Origin: Candidatus Saccharimonadota bacterium | GTDB lineage: Bacteria; Pseudomonadota; Alphaproteobacteria; Rickettsiales; Anaplasmataceae | NCBI RefSeq assembly: GCF_013365475.1 | Contig: NZ_CP046579.1 | Span: forward strand, 660,001 to 692,000 | Length of the DNA: 32,000 nt | Direction: 5' to 3' | Part shown: positions 9,582 to 20,143 of the stretch, piece by piece | Position numbering within the stretch: the stretch's first letter is position 1 | Layout of the letters: every line of letters starts with the position of its first letter | Notes under the pieces: generated by a model | Told to the model about the DNA's origin: nothing | Database searches by the model: none | What the model saw: the letters and a program-made list of their open reading frames with translations, nothing else | Program-made: the position numbers and the translations under genes

Positions 9582-11007
9582 ATAATTTACACAAGCAACT
9601 TTTCTTTACTAAGAAATTCAGAAAAATATTGTATAATTGCTGCAATAGTATTTAGAAGAAGCTTATAACACTTCACTAAAGTAGCTAGAATAGAGGATTA
9701 GTCTCTATGTATCTAAAAGGAAGATTTGCACTAGAAGAGATTAAAAATGAGAAAACATGAGCATTATGCTATTAGACTTTCTAATCTACTGGGTGAAAAT
9801 ATTTTCTTTAAGAAAGCTAAGTAGAATTAGAAGACCACAGATTAAACTAAAGAAAAAATTAAATTGATAAGAGAATTCTAAAAAAGAAAAGGCAACACTT
9901 AAAAAGTATATAGAAAAATCTCTAAAAACTTTAATTACATAAATCTTAGTAAAGCATTAGTTATGAAAAAATAAAATGCTATAACAGTTATTTATACCTT
10001 ACTGAAATAATATTTGGATTTCTCTAGTTTTAAGAGCTAAAGCATAAAGCTTTTTTCTACTCTTTCAAAGAGTAAACTAAAGTGTACTAACTTTCTAACA
10101 GTGATGCTTTAAGGTTATGTATCAAAAGTGTCTAATGAAGTAAAACTTAATCCTATCAAGAAAAAGCAGAGGAGATTTTCTTTTTTCTGGTTTCCAAAAG
10201 ATAACTCACCAGACTTTAAAGTAACTATAATACGTCTGTATGTAATGCTTATCTTTCTACCTAAGTTCAAGTTAGTATAGATATATCAGAGTGATATGAC
10301 TAAATTTACTAAATTTTTCTTCATCTAAGCAGTCTTTTGTAGAATTTATGCTATTTTTAATTTCTATTATAACCTGTAGAGAACCTAGATAGTTCCTTGT
10401 GATCTACTATAAAATATACAAAGCTCTACCCAGTTAACTATAAATTGCACAATATAACTTATTTTTCACTTTTGAATACTCTAAAAATGATCTGTATATG
10501 GGCAATAGCTTGGCCTAACATCTGCAATTATAGAATACACAATTTAAAGATCATATTCCTATGACCTTTCAATTCGCATATTGAAATATTTTCATAAATT
10601 TATCGCTTCAGTCATTTACTATCAATACAACAGATGGTAAACCTATTCATTGCTTTCATATCCTCATCTTTACAAATTTGCTTTCGGAAAGTTCACTATA
10701 CAATTGTGAGATAAAATTGTGTCTAAATTGCAAAATTGTGTATGGTACTTCTCCTCACTAACACTAAAAGTAATCACTCATCATGGAAATGAATGCTTTT
10801 TCCTATAATATATTAAATTTGAATATGTTCTTATGTATGCCACAATAGCAGAATGCTGAGATATACACTAGTCACTAGTACTATTTTCTGTGTGGATCAA
10901 GTGATGCTTTTTATAAAGTGTTAATCGTTACAGCATTATTTAAAACTGTATGCAGTAGAAACCTTACTTTCAATACTACTGAGTTACCTTATGCCATACA
11001 TGGATTT

Positions 11008-12282
11008 TCATATACGAGACTTGCTTTCCTTCTCATCCATTACAACCTTAATATGTCGCTTCCTACCTGCAGATAGCTTTATAAACGATTGAGTTTTGAA
11101 ATTTTCATAATTTATTATATAATTAATATCATTTATAGTATTATCATTGACTTTGCATCCATTACCTCGTATTAAGCGCTTCGCAGCAGTTTTTGAAGGT
11201 TCAAGACTAGTACTATTCAATAGATCTACTAAGAACATGCCATTTTCAATTTGTTCTTTTGTTATAGTATAATCAGGAAGTAGCAAACTATTCCCATTTT
11301 CAAAAGCAGAGACCGCAGCAGATTGCGCAAGCCATGCTTCTTTTTCACCATAACATATTTTCACAGCTTCTGTTGCCAAAACCTTCTTTGCTTCGTTTAT
11401 TTCTTGACCCTTTAAAGATTCCAGCTTTTTGATTTCATCAATTGGTATATCAGTAAGTAATCTCAAAAAACGGCCTACATCTTGATCACTAATGTTGCGA
11501 AAATACTGCCAATAGTCATAAGGCTTCAGCATACTACCATCAAGCCATACTGCTCCTCTTTCCGTTTTGCCCATTTTAACACCTTGAGCATTCAATAGAA
11601 GAGGAGTGGTAAGACCAAATAACTCGGGTAGTTTCAATTTTTTACCAAGCTCAATTCCATTCACTATATTTCCCCATTGGTCTGAACCTCCAATTTGTAA
11701 ACGACAGTCGTATTTTCTGTTCAACTCAATAAAATCATAGGCTTGAAGTAACATATAACTAAACTCTGGAAAGCTTAAATTTCTCTCTCTATCAAGCCTA
11801 ATTTTTATACTGTCAAAACTTAGCATACGATTTACAGAGAAATATGCTCCTATATCACACAAAAAATCTATATATTTTATGTTATCCAACCAATCTGCAT
11901 TATTTACTATTACTGCACCAGTCTTACTATCATTAAAAGACACTATCCTCTCTAATACCTTCCTTATACTAGACGCATTTTGTTTAATGTTTATCATAGG
12001 TAAGACGCGTCTTGCTTTATCTTTAAAAGATGGATCCCCAATTTTTGTTGTACCACCACCGAGCAAGACTACCGGCTTATAACCAAATCTTTGCAAGTGA
12101 CGTAGCATCATAACTTGAATTAGATGGCCAACATGTAGACTAGGTGCTGTACAATCAAACCCAACATATGCAACTATATAATTATCATGCATCAACAGTT
12201 GATTTAGACCTTCAATGTTTACACTCTGATATAGATATCCTCTTTCTTGGATAAAATTCAAAAATTCTGATTTGTATTCCAT
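11008..12282 (-). CDS. tyrS: Tyrosine--tRNA ligase
   Basis: 424-aa ORF with a class I HIGH motif (PSLHVGHL), a KMSKS variant (KMGKT) and a C-terminal S4-like domain. Confidence 0.95.
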   Translation of the reverse strand: MEYKSEFLNFIQERGYLYQSVNIEGLNQLLMHDNYIVAYVGFDCTAPSLHVGHLIQVMMLRHLQRFGYKPVVLLGGGTTKIGDPSFKDKARRVLPMINIKQNASSIRKVLERIVSFNDSKTGAVIVNNADWLDNIKYIDFLCDIGAYFSVNRMLSFDSIKIRLDRERNLSFPEFSYMLLQAYDFIELNRKYDCRLQIGGSDQWGNIVNGIELGKKLKLPELFGLTTPLLLNAQGVKMGKTERGAVWLDGSMLKPYDYWQYFRNISDQDVGRFLRLLTDIPIDEIKKLESLKGQEINEAKKVLATEAVKICYGEKEAWLAQSAAVSAFENGNSLLLPDYTITKEQIENGMFLVDLLNSTSLEPSKTAAKRLIRGNGCKVNDNTINDINYIINYENFKTQSFIKLSAGRKRHIKVVMDEKESKSRI

Positions 12283-12521
12283 AATCTTCTTAACACATTA
12301 CTTTAATATAGTGGCACTATCATTGATGTATCGATAATAATATTACTAGTGTATTATGCTGAAATCCAACTCCTTTAATATAACCTCGTAAAATAAAGAT
12401 GCATAGTATGTCGGTTACGATTAAGATTTTTACACTTAGTGTCAAGCATTGGATAAACATCTTTCCTCTTGTAGATGCTTACTAGGCATGTGATATTTGA
12501 GATATTTAAACTCTAAATTAA

Positions 12522-12827
12522 CTAACCCCATAGCTCTTCTATTCTATAGAATTCCCTTACTTCAGGCTTGAATATATGAACCATTACGCTTCGAAAATTT
12601 ATAATCACCCAATTGCCTTTATCTATGCCTTCTACATCTATTTTACCATGCTGCTTTAGGCTTTTTATTATATACTTAGCTAATGCCTTAACATGTGTAC
12701 TTGAACTCCCAGATGCAATAACCATATATTTTGCAATAACAGTTTTATTTTGCACATTGAAAGTTACTATATCATGACCTTTATTTTGACTTATAATATT
12801 TACAATTACGTCCTTTACCGACTCCAT
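12522..12827 (-). CDS. rsfS: Ribosome silencing factor RsfS (iojap family)
   Basis: 101-aa ORF with YMVIASGSSSTHVKALA and VHIF..E.R.FY..E.LW, typical of RsfS. Confidence 0.9.
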   Translation of the reverse strand: MESVKDVIVNIISQNKGHDIVTFNVQNKTVIAKYMVIASGSSSTHVKALAKYIIKSLKQHGKIDVEGIDKGNWVIINFRSVMVHIFKPEVREFYRIEELWG

Positions 12828-13304
12828 ACTGTTTATACATTATTGATCATTTAAATTGTATATTTATTTGAAATAATAAACCCAAAGTTACTAAACCTAT
12901 ACTCTTGATATCAGTATATCAAACACATACTTTTTTATAGTATACATTTTATAACGTAAAATTTGATCTACTAAATAATAAATACTAAAGTTCTCATGAT
13001 CTATAGGAAAAACTTTTGCAATTAAAAATAGCAGTATTATAAAATATCAATTCAATGATGGGTTTATGCAAGAATGGATACAAAATCTTTCTTATAGACT
13101 TTAATTATAGTAATGAGTAAGCAGTAAAGTGTGTCAAATCAAAGAGAAATGAGAAAGGTCAAATTGAAGTTGAGGTTTTGCTACAAAGGGATAGAAAAAC
13201 TACTTGTGTCTGAAGATTCACTTCAGATTAATAATCTTGATTCAAGTGTAAAAAAGCTATAAAAGGAATTGCTAAAAAAATAAATAATAAAGTATAATTA
13301 ACTT

Positions 13305-13793
13305 ATGGTTGAGCAAAAAGACAAGTATCGCTCTTGTGTTGGCATAATGCTATTGAATAAACAAGGGCATGTTTTTGTTGGGAAACGCTTCAACAACGAC
13401 TTTTACTGGCAGATGCCTCAAGGAGGTGTTGATAATGGTGAGGAGTTGGAGCAAGCAGCGCTACGTGAGTTGCTAGAAGAGGCTGGTACTGATAAAGTAA
13501 AGGTTATAGCTAAAAGCAATGATTTGGTGTATTACAACTTACCTACGGCACTTATACCAACTTACTGGGATGGTAAATATTTTGGTCAGAAACAAAGATG
13601 GTTTCTAATGAAATTCTACGGAGAGGATAGAGATATTAATATTAATCACACCAACCATTCGGAGTTCAAAGATTGGTGTTGGCAAAGTGTAGATAATTTA
13701 GTATCAAATACTATATTTTTTAAAAAGGAAGTTTATAAAACTGTAATAGAAGAGTTTTCTTTTCAAATAAAAACTACTATCATTATTAAGTAA
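13305..13793 (+). CDS. rppH: RNA pyrophosphohydrolase / Nudix hydrolase
   Basis: 162-aa ORF with the Nudix box GGVDNGEELEQAALRELLEEAG and the WQMPQGG context typical of RppH/NudH. Confidence 0.9.
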   Translation: MVEQKDKYRSCVGIMLLNKQGHVFVGKRFNNDFYWQMPQGGVDNGEELEQAALRELLEEAGTDKVKVIAKSNDLVYYNLPTALIPTYWDGKYFGQKQRWFLMKFYGEDRDININHTNHSEFKDWCWQSVDNLVSNTIFFKKEVYKTVIEEFSFQIKTTIIIK

Positions 13794-13802
13794 TATTCGT
13801 AC

Positions 13803-14597
13803 ATGTTTATGATAATAGATTCTCATTGCCATTTAATTCATTTCTCAGATGACGAAGTACCAAAGGTGATTTCAAGGGCAAGGCAAAGTGATGTAAAAAT
13901 TTTACATAACATATGTATAAGTATTGATAACATCCCTAAGCTGCTAAAAACTTCCTTGTCCCACGATCAGGTTTACTTCTCTGTCGGTGTACATCCGCTT
14001 AATTCTTCTATAGAAAACGGAAAATTTATATATGTTGATGAATTAGTTGAATTCGCTAAAAGTAAAAAAGTAATCAGCATTGGTGAAACTGGGTTAGATT
14101 TCTATGAATCTGATAGCAAAAGCAATCAGAAAAAAAGCCTCACATCACACATAGAAGCAGCTAGAATAACTGGATTACCTTTAGTTATTCATACCAGAAA
14201 TGCTGATCACGATATAATTGATATACTAAAATCAGAAATGAAAATCGGAATTTTTAGTGGAGTGATACACTGCTTTGCCTCTTCTAAAGAGCTTGCCTAC
14301 CAAGCTGTTGATTTAGGATTATATATTTCATTTTCTGGTATTATCACTTTCAAAAGTGCCAACCTTCTCAGGGAAATTGCACAAAATATACCACGTAAAT
14401 TTACTTTGGTTGAAACCGACGCTCCATACCTCTCACCTGAGCCTTATAGAGGGAAAAGGAATGAGCCAGCAATGATAAAATATACTCTAAACTGTCTGGC
14501 AGAGTTATGGAATGAATTACCTGATAAAGTAGCGGAAGTAACTACAAGCAACTTTTTTAGGCTATTTACAAAACTTAACTCCAAAGAGATTCTATAA
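13803..14597 (+). CDS. tatD: TatD family metal-dependent hydrolase
   Basis: 264-aa ORF with IDSHCHL, GETGLDF, VIHTR and ETDAPYL motifs. It starts 9 nt after rppH. The start could instead be 13809. Confidence 0.85.
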   Translation: MFMIIDSHCHLIHFSDDEVPKVISRARQSDVKILHNICISIDNIPKLLKTSLSHDQVYFSVGVHPLNSSIENGKFIYVDELVEFAKSKKVISIGETGLDFYESDSKSNQKKSLTSHIEAARITGLPLVIHTRNADHDIIDILKSEMKIGIFSGVIHCFASSKELAYQAVDLGLYISFSGIITFKSANLLREIAQNIPRKFTLVETDAPYLSPEPYRGKRNEPAMIKYTLNCLAELWNELPDKVAEVTTSNFFRLFTKLNSKEIL

Positions 14598-14611
14598 AAT
14601 CATTAACTTAC

Positions 14612-15565
<954 letters not shown>

Positions 15566-16150
15566 CTACTCCTTTGCATTTACTTTTGCAGCTTTATCAC
15601 CCTCCCATGGGGATAAGCTGTCGAACATACGAAAATCTTGCGGTAAGTCTATAGGGTTATATACAACCTTTTTCTCCTTTATATCATACTTTACTTCTTT
15701 ATACCCAGTAAGAGGAAAGTCTTTTAGCATAGGGTGACCTTTAAATCCATAATCTGTTAAAATCCTACGTAGATCAGGATGATTGGAGAATTCTATTCCA
15801 TACATATCAAATACTTCGCGCTCAAACCACGAAGCTGTACTAAATATTTTTATTATGCTTGGAGGAATCTCACTTTCACCTAGTTGAAGCTTTACATGTA
15901 ATCTGACATTATGCACGATACTGAGCAAGTTGTATATCAACTCAAAACGCTTTTCTCTGCATGGATAGTCAATTCCAAAGATATCAACCAATAATTCAAA
16001 CCTACATCTTTCATTATCACGCAAAAAGAGCAAGTGGTTTTCAATATCACTTAAGGTTGAGCACATTATAATAGTGTTATCACTCTGTTGGATATATTCA
16101 CATTTAGTCTTTTTTTGTATGTATTTCGCAGTTTTATTTATACTATGCAT
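15566..16150 (-). CDS. nuoC: NADH-quinone oxidoreductase subunit C
   Basis: 194-aa ORF with WFEREVFDMYGI.F..HPDLRRIL, diagnostic of the NuoC/30 kDa subunit. It ends 3 nt before the mdh start. Confidence 0.95.
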   Translation of the reverse strand: MHSINKTAKYIQKKTKCEYIQQSDNTIIMCSTLSDIENHLLFLRDNERCRFELLVDIFGIDYPCREKRFELIYNLLSIVHNVRLHVKLQLGESEIPPSIIKIFSTASWFEREVFDMYGIEFSNHPDLRRILTDYGFKGHPMLKDFPLTGYKEVKYDIKEKKVVYNPIDLPQDFRMFDSLSPWEGDKAAKVNAKE

Positions 16151-16162
16151 TTTGAGTTCGTT

Positions 16163-16648
16163 TTATTTTACTTTGCAAACAAAGCATTCCATGTAGCAAT
16201 GCCTCAGCTGTCGGGGGCATCCAGGAACATATACATCAACTGGTACGATTCTATCACAACCACGAACTACTGAATAAGAGTAATGATAATAACCACCACC
16301 ATTTGCACAGCTTCCCATAGAAACAACATACTTTGGATCTGCCATTTGATCATATACTTTACGCAAAGCTGCTGCCATTTTATTGGTTAGTGTACCAGCA
16401 ACAATCATAACATCAGCTTGCCTTGGGCTTGCACGAAACATTATGCCATACCTATCAAAGTCATAACGGCTTGATGCAGTATGCATCATTTCAACTGCAC
16501 AGCATGCAAGACCAAAAGTCATAGGCCACAATGAACCAGATCTTGCCCAATTAACTATATAATCAATCAAATCACCAAACTTGGTAATAAGAAACCCCTC
16601 TTTCTTATATGAACTCCAATCATCATTAGGTAGAATTTGATTTTTCAT
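16163..16648 (-). CDS. nuoB: NADH-quinone oxidoreductase subunit B, with the 3' end apparently frameshifted at a C5 tract (canonical frame would end at 16143)
   Basis: Contains [17 protein letters not shown] and VPGCP cluster-N2 motifs. After GCP the ORF reads a non-homologous [16 protein letters not shown]. The -1 frame encodes the expected [18 protein letters not shown] tail. Confidence 0.9.
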   Translation of the reverse strand: MKNQILPNDDWSSYKKEGFLITKFGDLIDYIVNWARSGSLWPMTFGLACCAVEMMHTASSRYDFDRYGIMFRASPRQADVMIVAGTLTNKMAAALRKVYDQMADPKYVVSMGSCANGGGYYHYSYSVVRGCDRIVPVDVYVPGCPRQLRHCYMECFVCKVK

Positions 16649-16651
16649 AAC

Positions 16652-17005
16652 TTACTCCCATTCTAATACACCTTTACACCATTCATAGATAAACCCTACA
16701 GTGAGTATTCCAAGAAATATCATCATAGACCAAAATCCATAATAACTTATTTTAGATAAAGAAACTGCCCAAGGAAAAAGAAAGATGACCTCTAAGTCAA
16801 ACATTATAAATAATATTGCGACTAAGTAAAATTTAATATTAAAAACTTTCCTTGTCCTTGACAAAGGATTAAACCCACATTCATATGCAGAAAGCTTCTC
16901 ACTATCTTGCTTGCTCGACGTAAGAAATATAGGCAATATACCTAAAATAAATGATACTGCTATTGATATACAAGTAAAAATTGCTATGGTTAAATATTCA
17001 ATCAT
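16652..17005 (-). CDS. nuoA: NADH-quinone oxidoreductase subunit A
   Basis: 117-aa ORF with three predicted TM segments and the YECGF motif. It ends 3 nt before the nuoB start. Confidence 0.9.
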   Translation of the reverse strand: MIEYLTIAIFTCISIAVSFILGILPIFLTSSKQDSEKLSAYECGFNPLSRTRKVFNIKFYLVAILFIMFDLEVIFLFPWAVSLSKISYYGFWSMMIFLGILTVGFIYEWCKGVLEWE

Positions 17006-17029
17006 TTAATAAGATATATAGAAGAAACG

Positions 17030-17398
17030 CTATAAATTTACATGCTTTCCTAGTTTTTTACCACCTAAAATATGTACATGAAAATGTGGCACAACTTGTT
17101 CTCCGTTTTCACCGTGGTTAGTAACTAACCTGTATCCTGTCTTTTCTAACCCATATTCATATATTACTTGTCTTACAGTTTTAAAGAAACCTACTATTTC
17201 TTCTGTGGAAGATTTTAGAATAAAGTCATCATATGAAATGCATTGACTTTTTGGTACAACTAAAATATGAACTGGTGCATCAGGGTATTTATCATAAAAT
17301 GCTAATACATTCTCATCTTCATGCACTTTCTCACAAGGCAACTCACCCCTTAGTATCTTAGCAAAGATATTATTACTATCATAACTTTTGTTACTCAT
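17030..17398 (-). CDS. HIT (histidine triad) family nucleotide hydrolase
   Basis: 122-aa ORF with the C-terminal histidine triad HFHVHILGG and an N-terminal IFAKILRGE.P segment. Confidence 0.9.
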   Translation of the reverse strand: MSNKSYDSNNIFAKILRGELPCEKVHEDENVLAFYDKYPDAPVHILVVPKSQCISYDDFILKSSTEEIVGFFKTVRQVIYEYGLEKTGYRLVTNHGENGEQVVPHFHVHILGGKKLGKHVNL

Positions 17399-17402
17399 AT
17401 TT

Positions 17403-18314
17403 TTAAGAACGGCTTTTCCCTCCCCTTTCTTTATTAGACGTAAAGGACGGTTTTATTGCTTTGCTAGAAGAAATACTATCAAGATTTGAAAAACTACCTT
17501 TAATTTCAAGTTCTTTTGCTTGTTTTCTAGTATTTCCTCCTAACTTAATAGGAAATATAGCTTTTTCCCTATAAGGGAAATTGTTAGGATTAGTAATATT
17601 GAAATCTACATTTGTGATAATTTCCGACAGTTGCCTTGGTAACCTTTTTGTATTTATAGAGCTCACAGTTTCTGATAACCACTTATCACCTTCCTGATAC
17701 AATATTTCTTCAATACTATGCAGGAACTTACGCTCTGAGTGAGTTACAAATTCCACTCCTATAATTTTTGCTATATCTTTGAGGTTATGGTCAACTTCAC
17801 TATGAATTTTACTAATAATAAGTTGCTTTACCTCTTCTTTGCCTCTTCTTTTATACTTAGAATTACTTTTAATATCTTTAATAATACCTGCAACATCAAC
17901 AATGATTATAATTGTATCATTTCCTTTATCTATATGTATACTTAAATACCTATTATTTAGCTGTTCTATTTTATTTAATTGCATTTCAGTTAAATAAAAT
18001 TTAATACCAGCTAAACTCCTTAAGGCAAGGGAAACTATCAATCCTTTTTCATGTTTTGTTATTTGCACACCAAAGTTCTTGCTAGCTTCTGCAGCTTCTA
18101 TAGGTATAGCATATACCTTTTCTTCCCCAGATATATCTATACCAGCAGATTTCCTTAGTGGAACTTTAGCATCATATTGAATCTCACCTATAGAGGTCCT
18201 TGGCTTTTTTATATGATGAATAAGTGCCTTAATCAGAAGAATAGATATATTTTTTGTAATTTCCATTCCTTCCTTAATTGTTTTGCGTATCTTATTCCAA
18301 ATTGATTCTGCCAT
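17403..18314 (-). CDS. Hypothetical protein (303 aa, lineage-specific, basic Ser/Lys-rich C-terminus)
   Basis: Long ORF with AGAGG 7 nt upstream of the ATG, ending 4 nt before the HIT gene start. I recognise no conserved motif. Confidence 0.6.
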   Translation of the reverse strand: MAESIWNKIRKTIKEGMEITKNISILLIKALIHHIKKPRTSIGEIQYDAKVPLRKSAGIDISGEEKVYAIPIEAAEASKNFGVQITKHEKGLIVSLALRSLAGIKFYLTEMQLNKIEQLNNRYLSIHIDKGNDTIIIIVDVAGIIKDIKSNSKYKRRGKEEVKQLIISKIHSEVDHNLKDIAKIIGVEFVTHSERKFLHSIEEILYQEGDKWLSETVSSINTKRLPRQLSEIITNVDFNITNPNNFPYREKAIFPIKLGGNTRKQAKELEIKGSFSNLDSISSSKAIKPSFTSNKERGGKSRS

Positions 18315-18347
18315 ACCAGACCTCTAAAGCATCTTATATAACTAAAT

Positions 18348-18356
18348 ATTATAGCA
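18348..18356 (-). promoter_or_regulatory. Candidate extended -10 element (TGCTATAAT on minus strand) for the orphan-HIT-nuoABC-mdh operon
   Basis: A perfect TGnTATAAT lies about 34 nt upstream of the 303-aa ORF start. The -35 is weak, and chance matches are expected in AT-rich DNA. Confidence 0.3.
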
Positions 18357-18496
18357 TATTTTAATTATAGATAAAAACACTTAAACTTCCATACTTAGAA
18401 GTATGGTAAAATTATAGAGATTGCAATTATTATTCAATAAATAAAAACATATGTACTCTAGTTTTTTCGTTGTTCAACTCACTTTAATACCAAGTT

Positions 18497-19990
18497 ATGT
18501 TTAAATGGAATGTAAGAAATATCATTGATGCTACTGATGGAAGAGGAGAAGGCAATTGTAATTTTGCATACAGTTCAAACATTTCAATAGACACAAGAAG
18601 CATCAAAAAAGGTGATGTGTTTATTGCCCTCAAAGGGAAGAATTTTGATGGACATGACTTTTTACATGAGGCCTTTTTAAAAGGAGCAACAATTGCGGTA
18701 GTAAGTGAAAACAAGCATAGAAATTTTCCTTTGATTATTGTACAAGATACTTTTAAAGCCTTGCACGATATAGCATCTTATTATGTTAAAAATGTCCTTG
18801 CTAATGCTAAAGTCGTTGCAATTACAGGCAGTATTGGAAAAACCACTACAAAGGATATGTTATATATTGTTTTGTCGCAATATGGTGTGTCTCATGCAAA
18901 CAGAGGTAACTTAAATAATAGTGTAGGACTTCCTTTAACAGTTCTAAAAGCTCCAGAAAACTGCAAGTATTTAATTCTTGAAATGGGAATGAATAAAGTT
19001 GGCGAGATAAAAGAGTTATCAAAGATTAGTAATCCTGATATTGCAGTTATTACTAACGTAGAACCTGTACACGTTGAGAATTTTCCTTCGTTGTTTGGTA
19101 TTGCACAAGCGAAATTGGAAGTTCTACATGGCATGAAAAACAATGGTACCTTAATTCTTAATAAGGATAATAAATATTATGATTATCTCTCGTCACATGC
19201 TACTAAAAATATAGTGAGTTTCGGTAAGGATAAAAGTGCTACAGTTTGCTTGTTAGATATAATAGAAAACAATGAACCTTCTGTCATTAACTCAACATTG
19301 AGAAACTCAAATTCAGAAAGTTTAATCTCAAACAAGTATCCCAGGCGATTAGGTAATAAAAAAGCATCACATGCAGGGAATCAAGTTGCACATAGGCTAA
19401 GTTTAAAAATTAGGCTGAATAATGGTCAAATTATAAACTGTAACTTATGCCTGAGAGGCAAACACTTTGCGTATTCTGCATTGGCAGTTACAGCAGTTAT
19501 ACAAAACCTAGGACTTGATTTATCAAAATTACCACTTGCACTCAAGAATTTTAGTGTAACTAAAGGAAGAGGTAGTGTTCATAAAGCTAAATATAATGGA
19601 AAGCACGTATATTTAATTAATGACTCCTATAATGCGAGCCCTGTTTCAATGAGATCTGCAATAAAAATTCTAGGTACATATTATAGCCAAAGAAAAGTAG
19701 CACTTCTTGGTGATATGCTAGAACTAGGTAATGGGAGCATAATGTTTCATAAAAAGCTACTTGACTCTATTATAGAATGCAGTGTAGATAAAGTTTATAC
19801 AGTAGGTAAATTTATGTTGGAATTGAATAGGGTTATACCTGGTAATATAAGAGGTATACATTTTAACAATTCTAATCAATTGAAAAATAATTTAGGGAAT
19901 ATTATTCAAAATAATGATGCAATTCTAATTAAAGGCTCACGTGGAATGAAAATGGATCTCATAGTACAAGAATTTATAATAGAATATTAA
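18497..19990 (+). CDS. murF: UDP-N-acetylmuramoyl-tripeptide--D-alanyl-D-alanine ligase
   Basis: 497-aa ORF with the ITGSIGKTTTK P-loop and NNSVGLPLT, EMGMN, DSYNASP, GDMLELG and KGSRGMKM motifs, all intact. Confidence 0.9.
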   Translation: MFKWNVRNIIDATDGRGEGNCNFAYSSNISIDTRSIKKGDVFIALKGKNFDGHDFLHEAFLKGATIAVVSENKHRNFPLIIVQDTFKALHDIASYYVKNVLANAKVVAITGSIGKTTTKDMLYIVLSQYGVSHANRGNLNNSVGLPLTVLKAPENCKYLILEMGMNKVGEIKELSKISNPDIAVITNVEPVHVENFPSLFGIAQAKLEVLHGMKNNGTLILNKDNKYYDYLSSHATKNIVSFGKDKSATVCLLDIIENNEPSVINSTLRNSNSESLISNKYPRRLGNKKASHAGNQVAHRLSLKIRLNNGQIINCNLCLRGKHFAYSALAVTAVIQNLGLDLSKLPLALKNFSVTKGRGSVHKAKYNGKHVYLINDSYNASPVSMRSAIKILGTYYSQRKVALLGDMLELGNGSIMFHKKLLDSIIECSVDKVYTVGKFMLELNRVIPGNIRGIHFNNSNQLKNNLGNIIQNNDAILIKGSRGMKMDLIVQEFIIEY

Positions 19991-20069
19991 TAAGAATATT
20001 ATATAAGTTTAGCCAACTGAAAGCATAGTTATTAGAATACCTAAGATATAGAAATCATTGATATAAAAG

Positions 20070-20143
20070 TGCGCCCAGTAGGATTTGAACCTACGACCCA
20101 CAGCTTAGAAGGCTATTGCTCTATCCAGCTGAGCTATGGACGC
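20070..20143 (-). tRNA. tRNA-Arg (anticodon TCT)
   Basis: The minus strand GCGTCCATAGCTCAGCTGGATAGAGCAATAGCCTTCTAAGCTGTGGGTCGTAGGTTCAAATCCTACTGGGCGCA folds as a cloverleaf. Acceptor stem is GCGTCCA/TGGGCGC, the anticodon loop is CT-TCT-AA, and the T-arm is GTAGG-TTCAAAT-CCTAC. CCA is not encoded. Confidence 0.95.

Noticed and set aside
10891-10899. DnaA-box-like TGTGGATCA (8/9 match to TGTGGATAA) in the long lysC-tyrS spacer, considered as a possible replication origin.
   Set aside because: It is a single imperfect box with no cluster of boxes. The flanking genes are not those reported to flank the origin in Anaplasmataceae.
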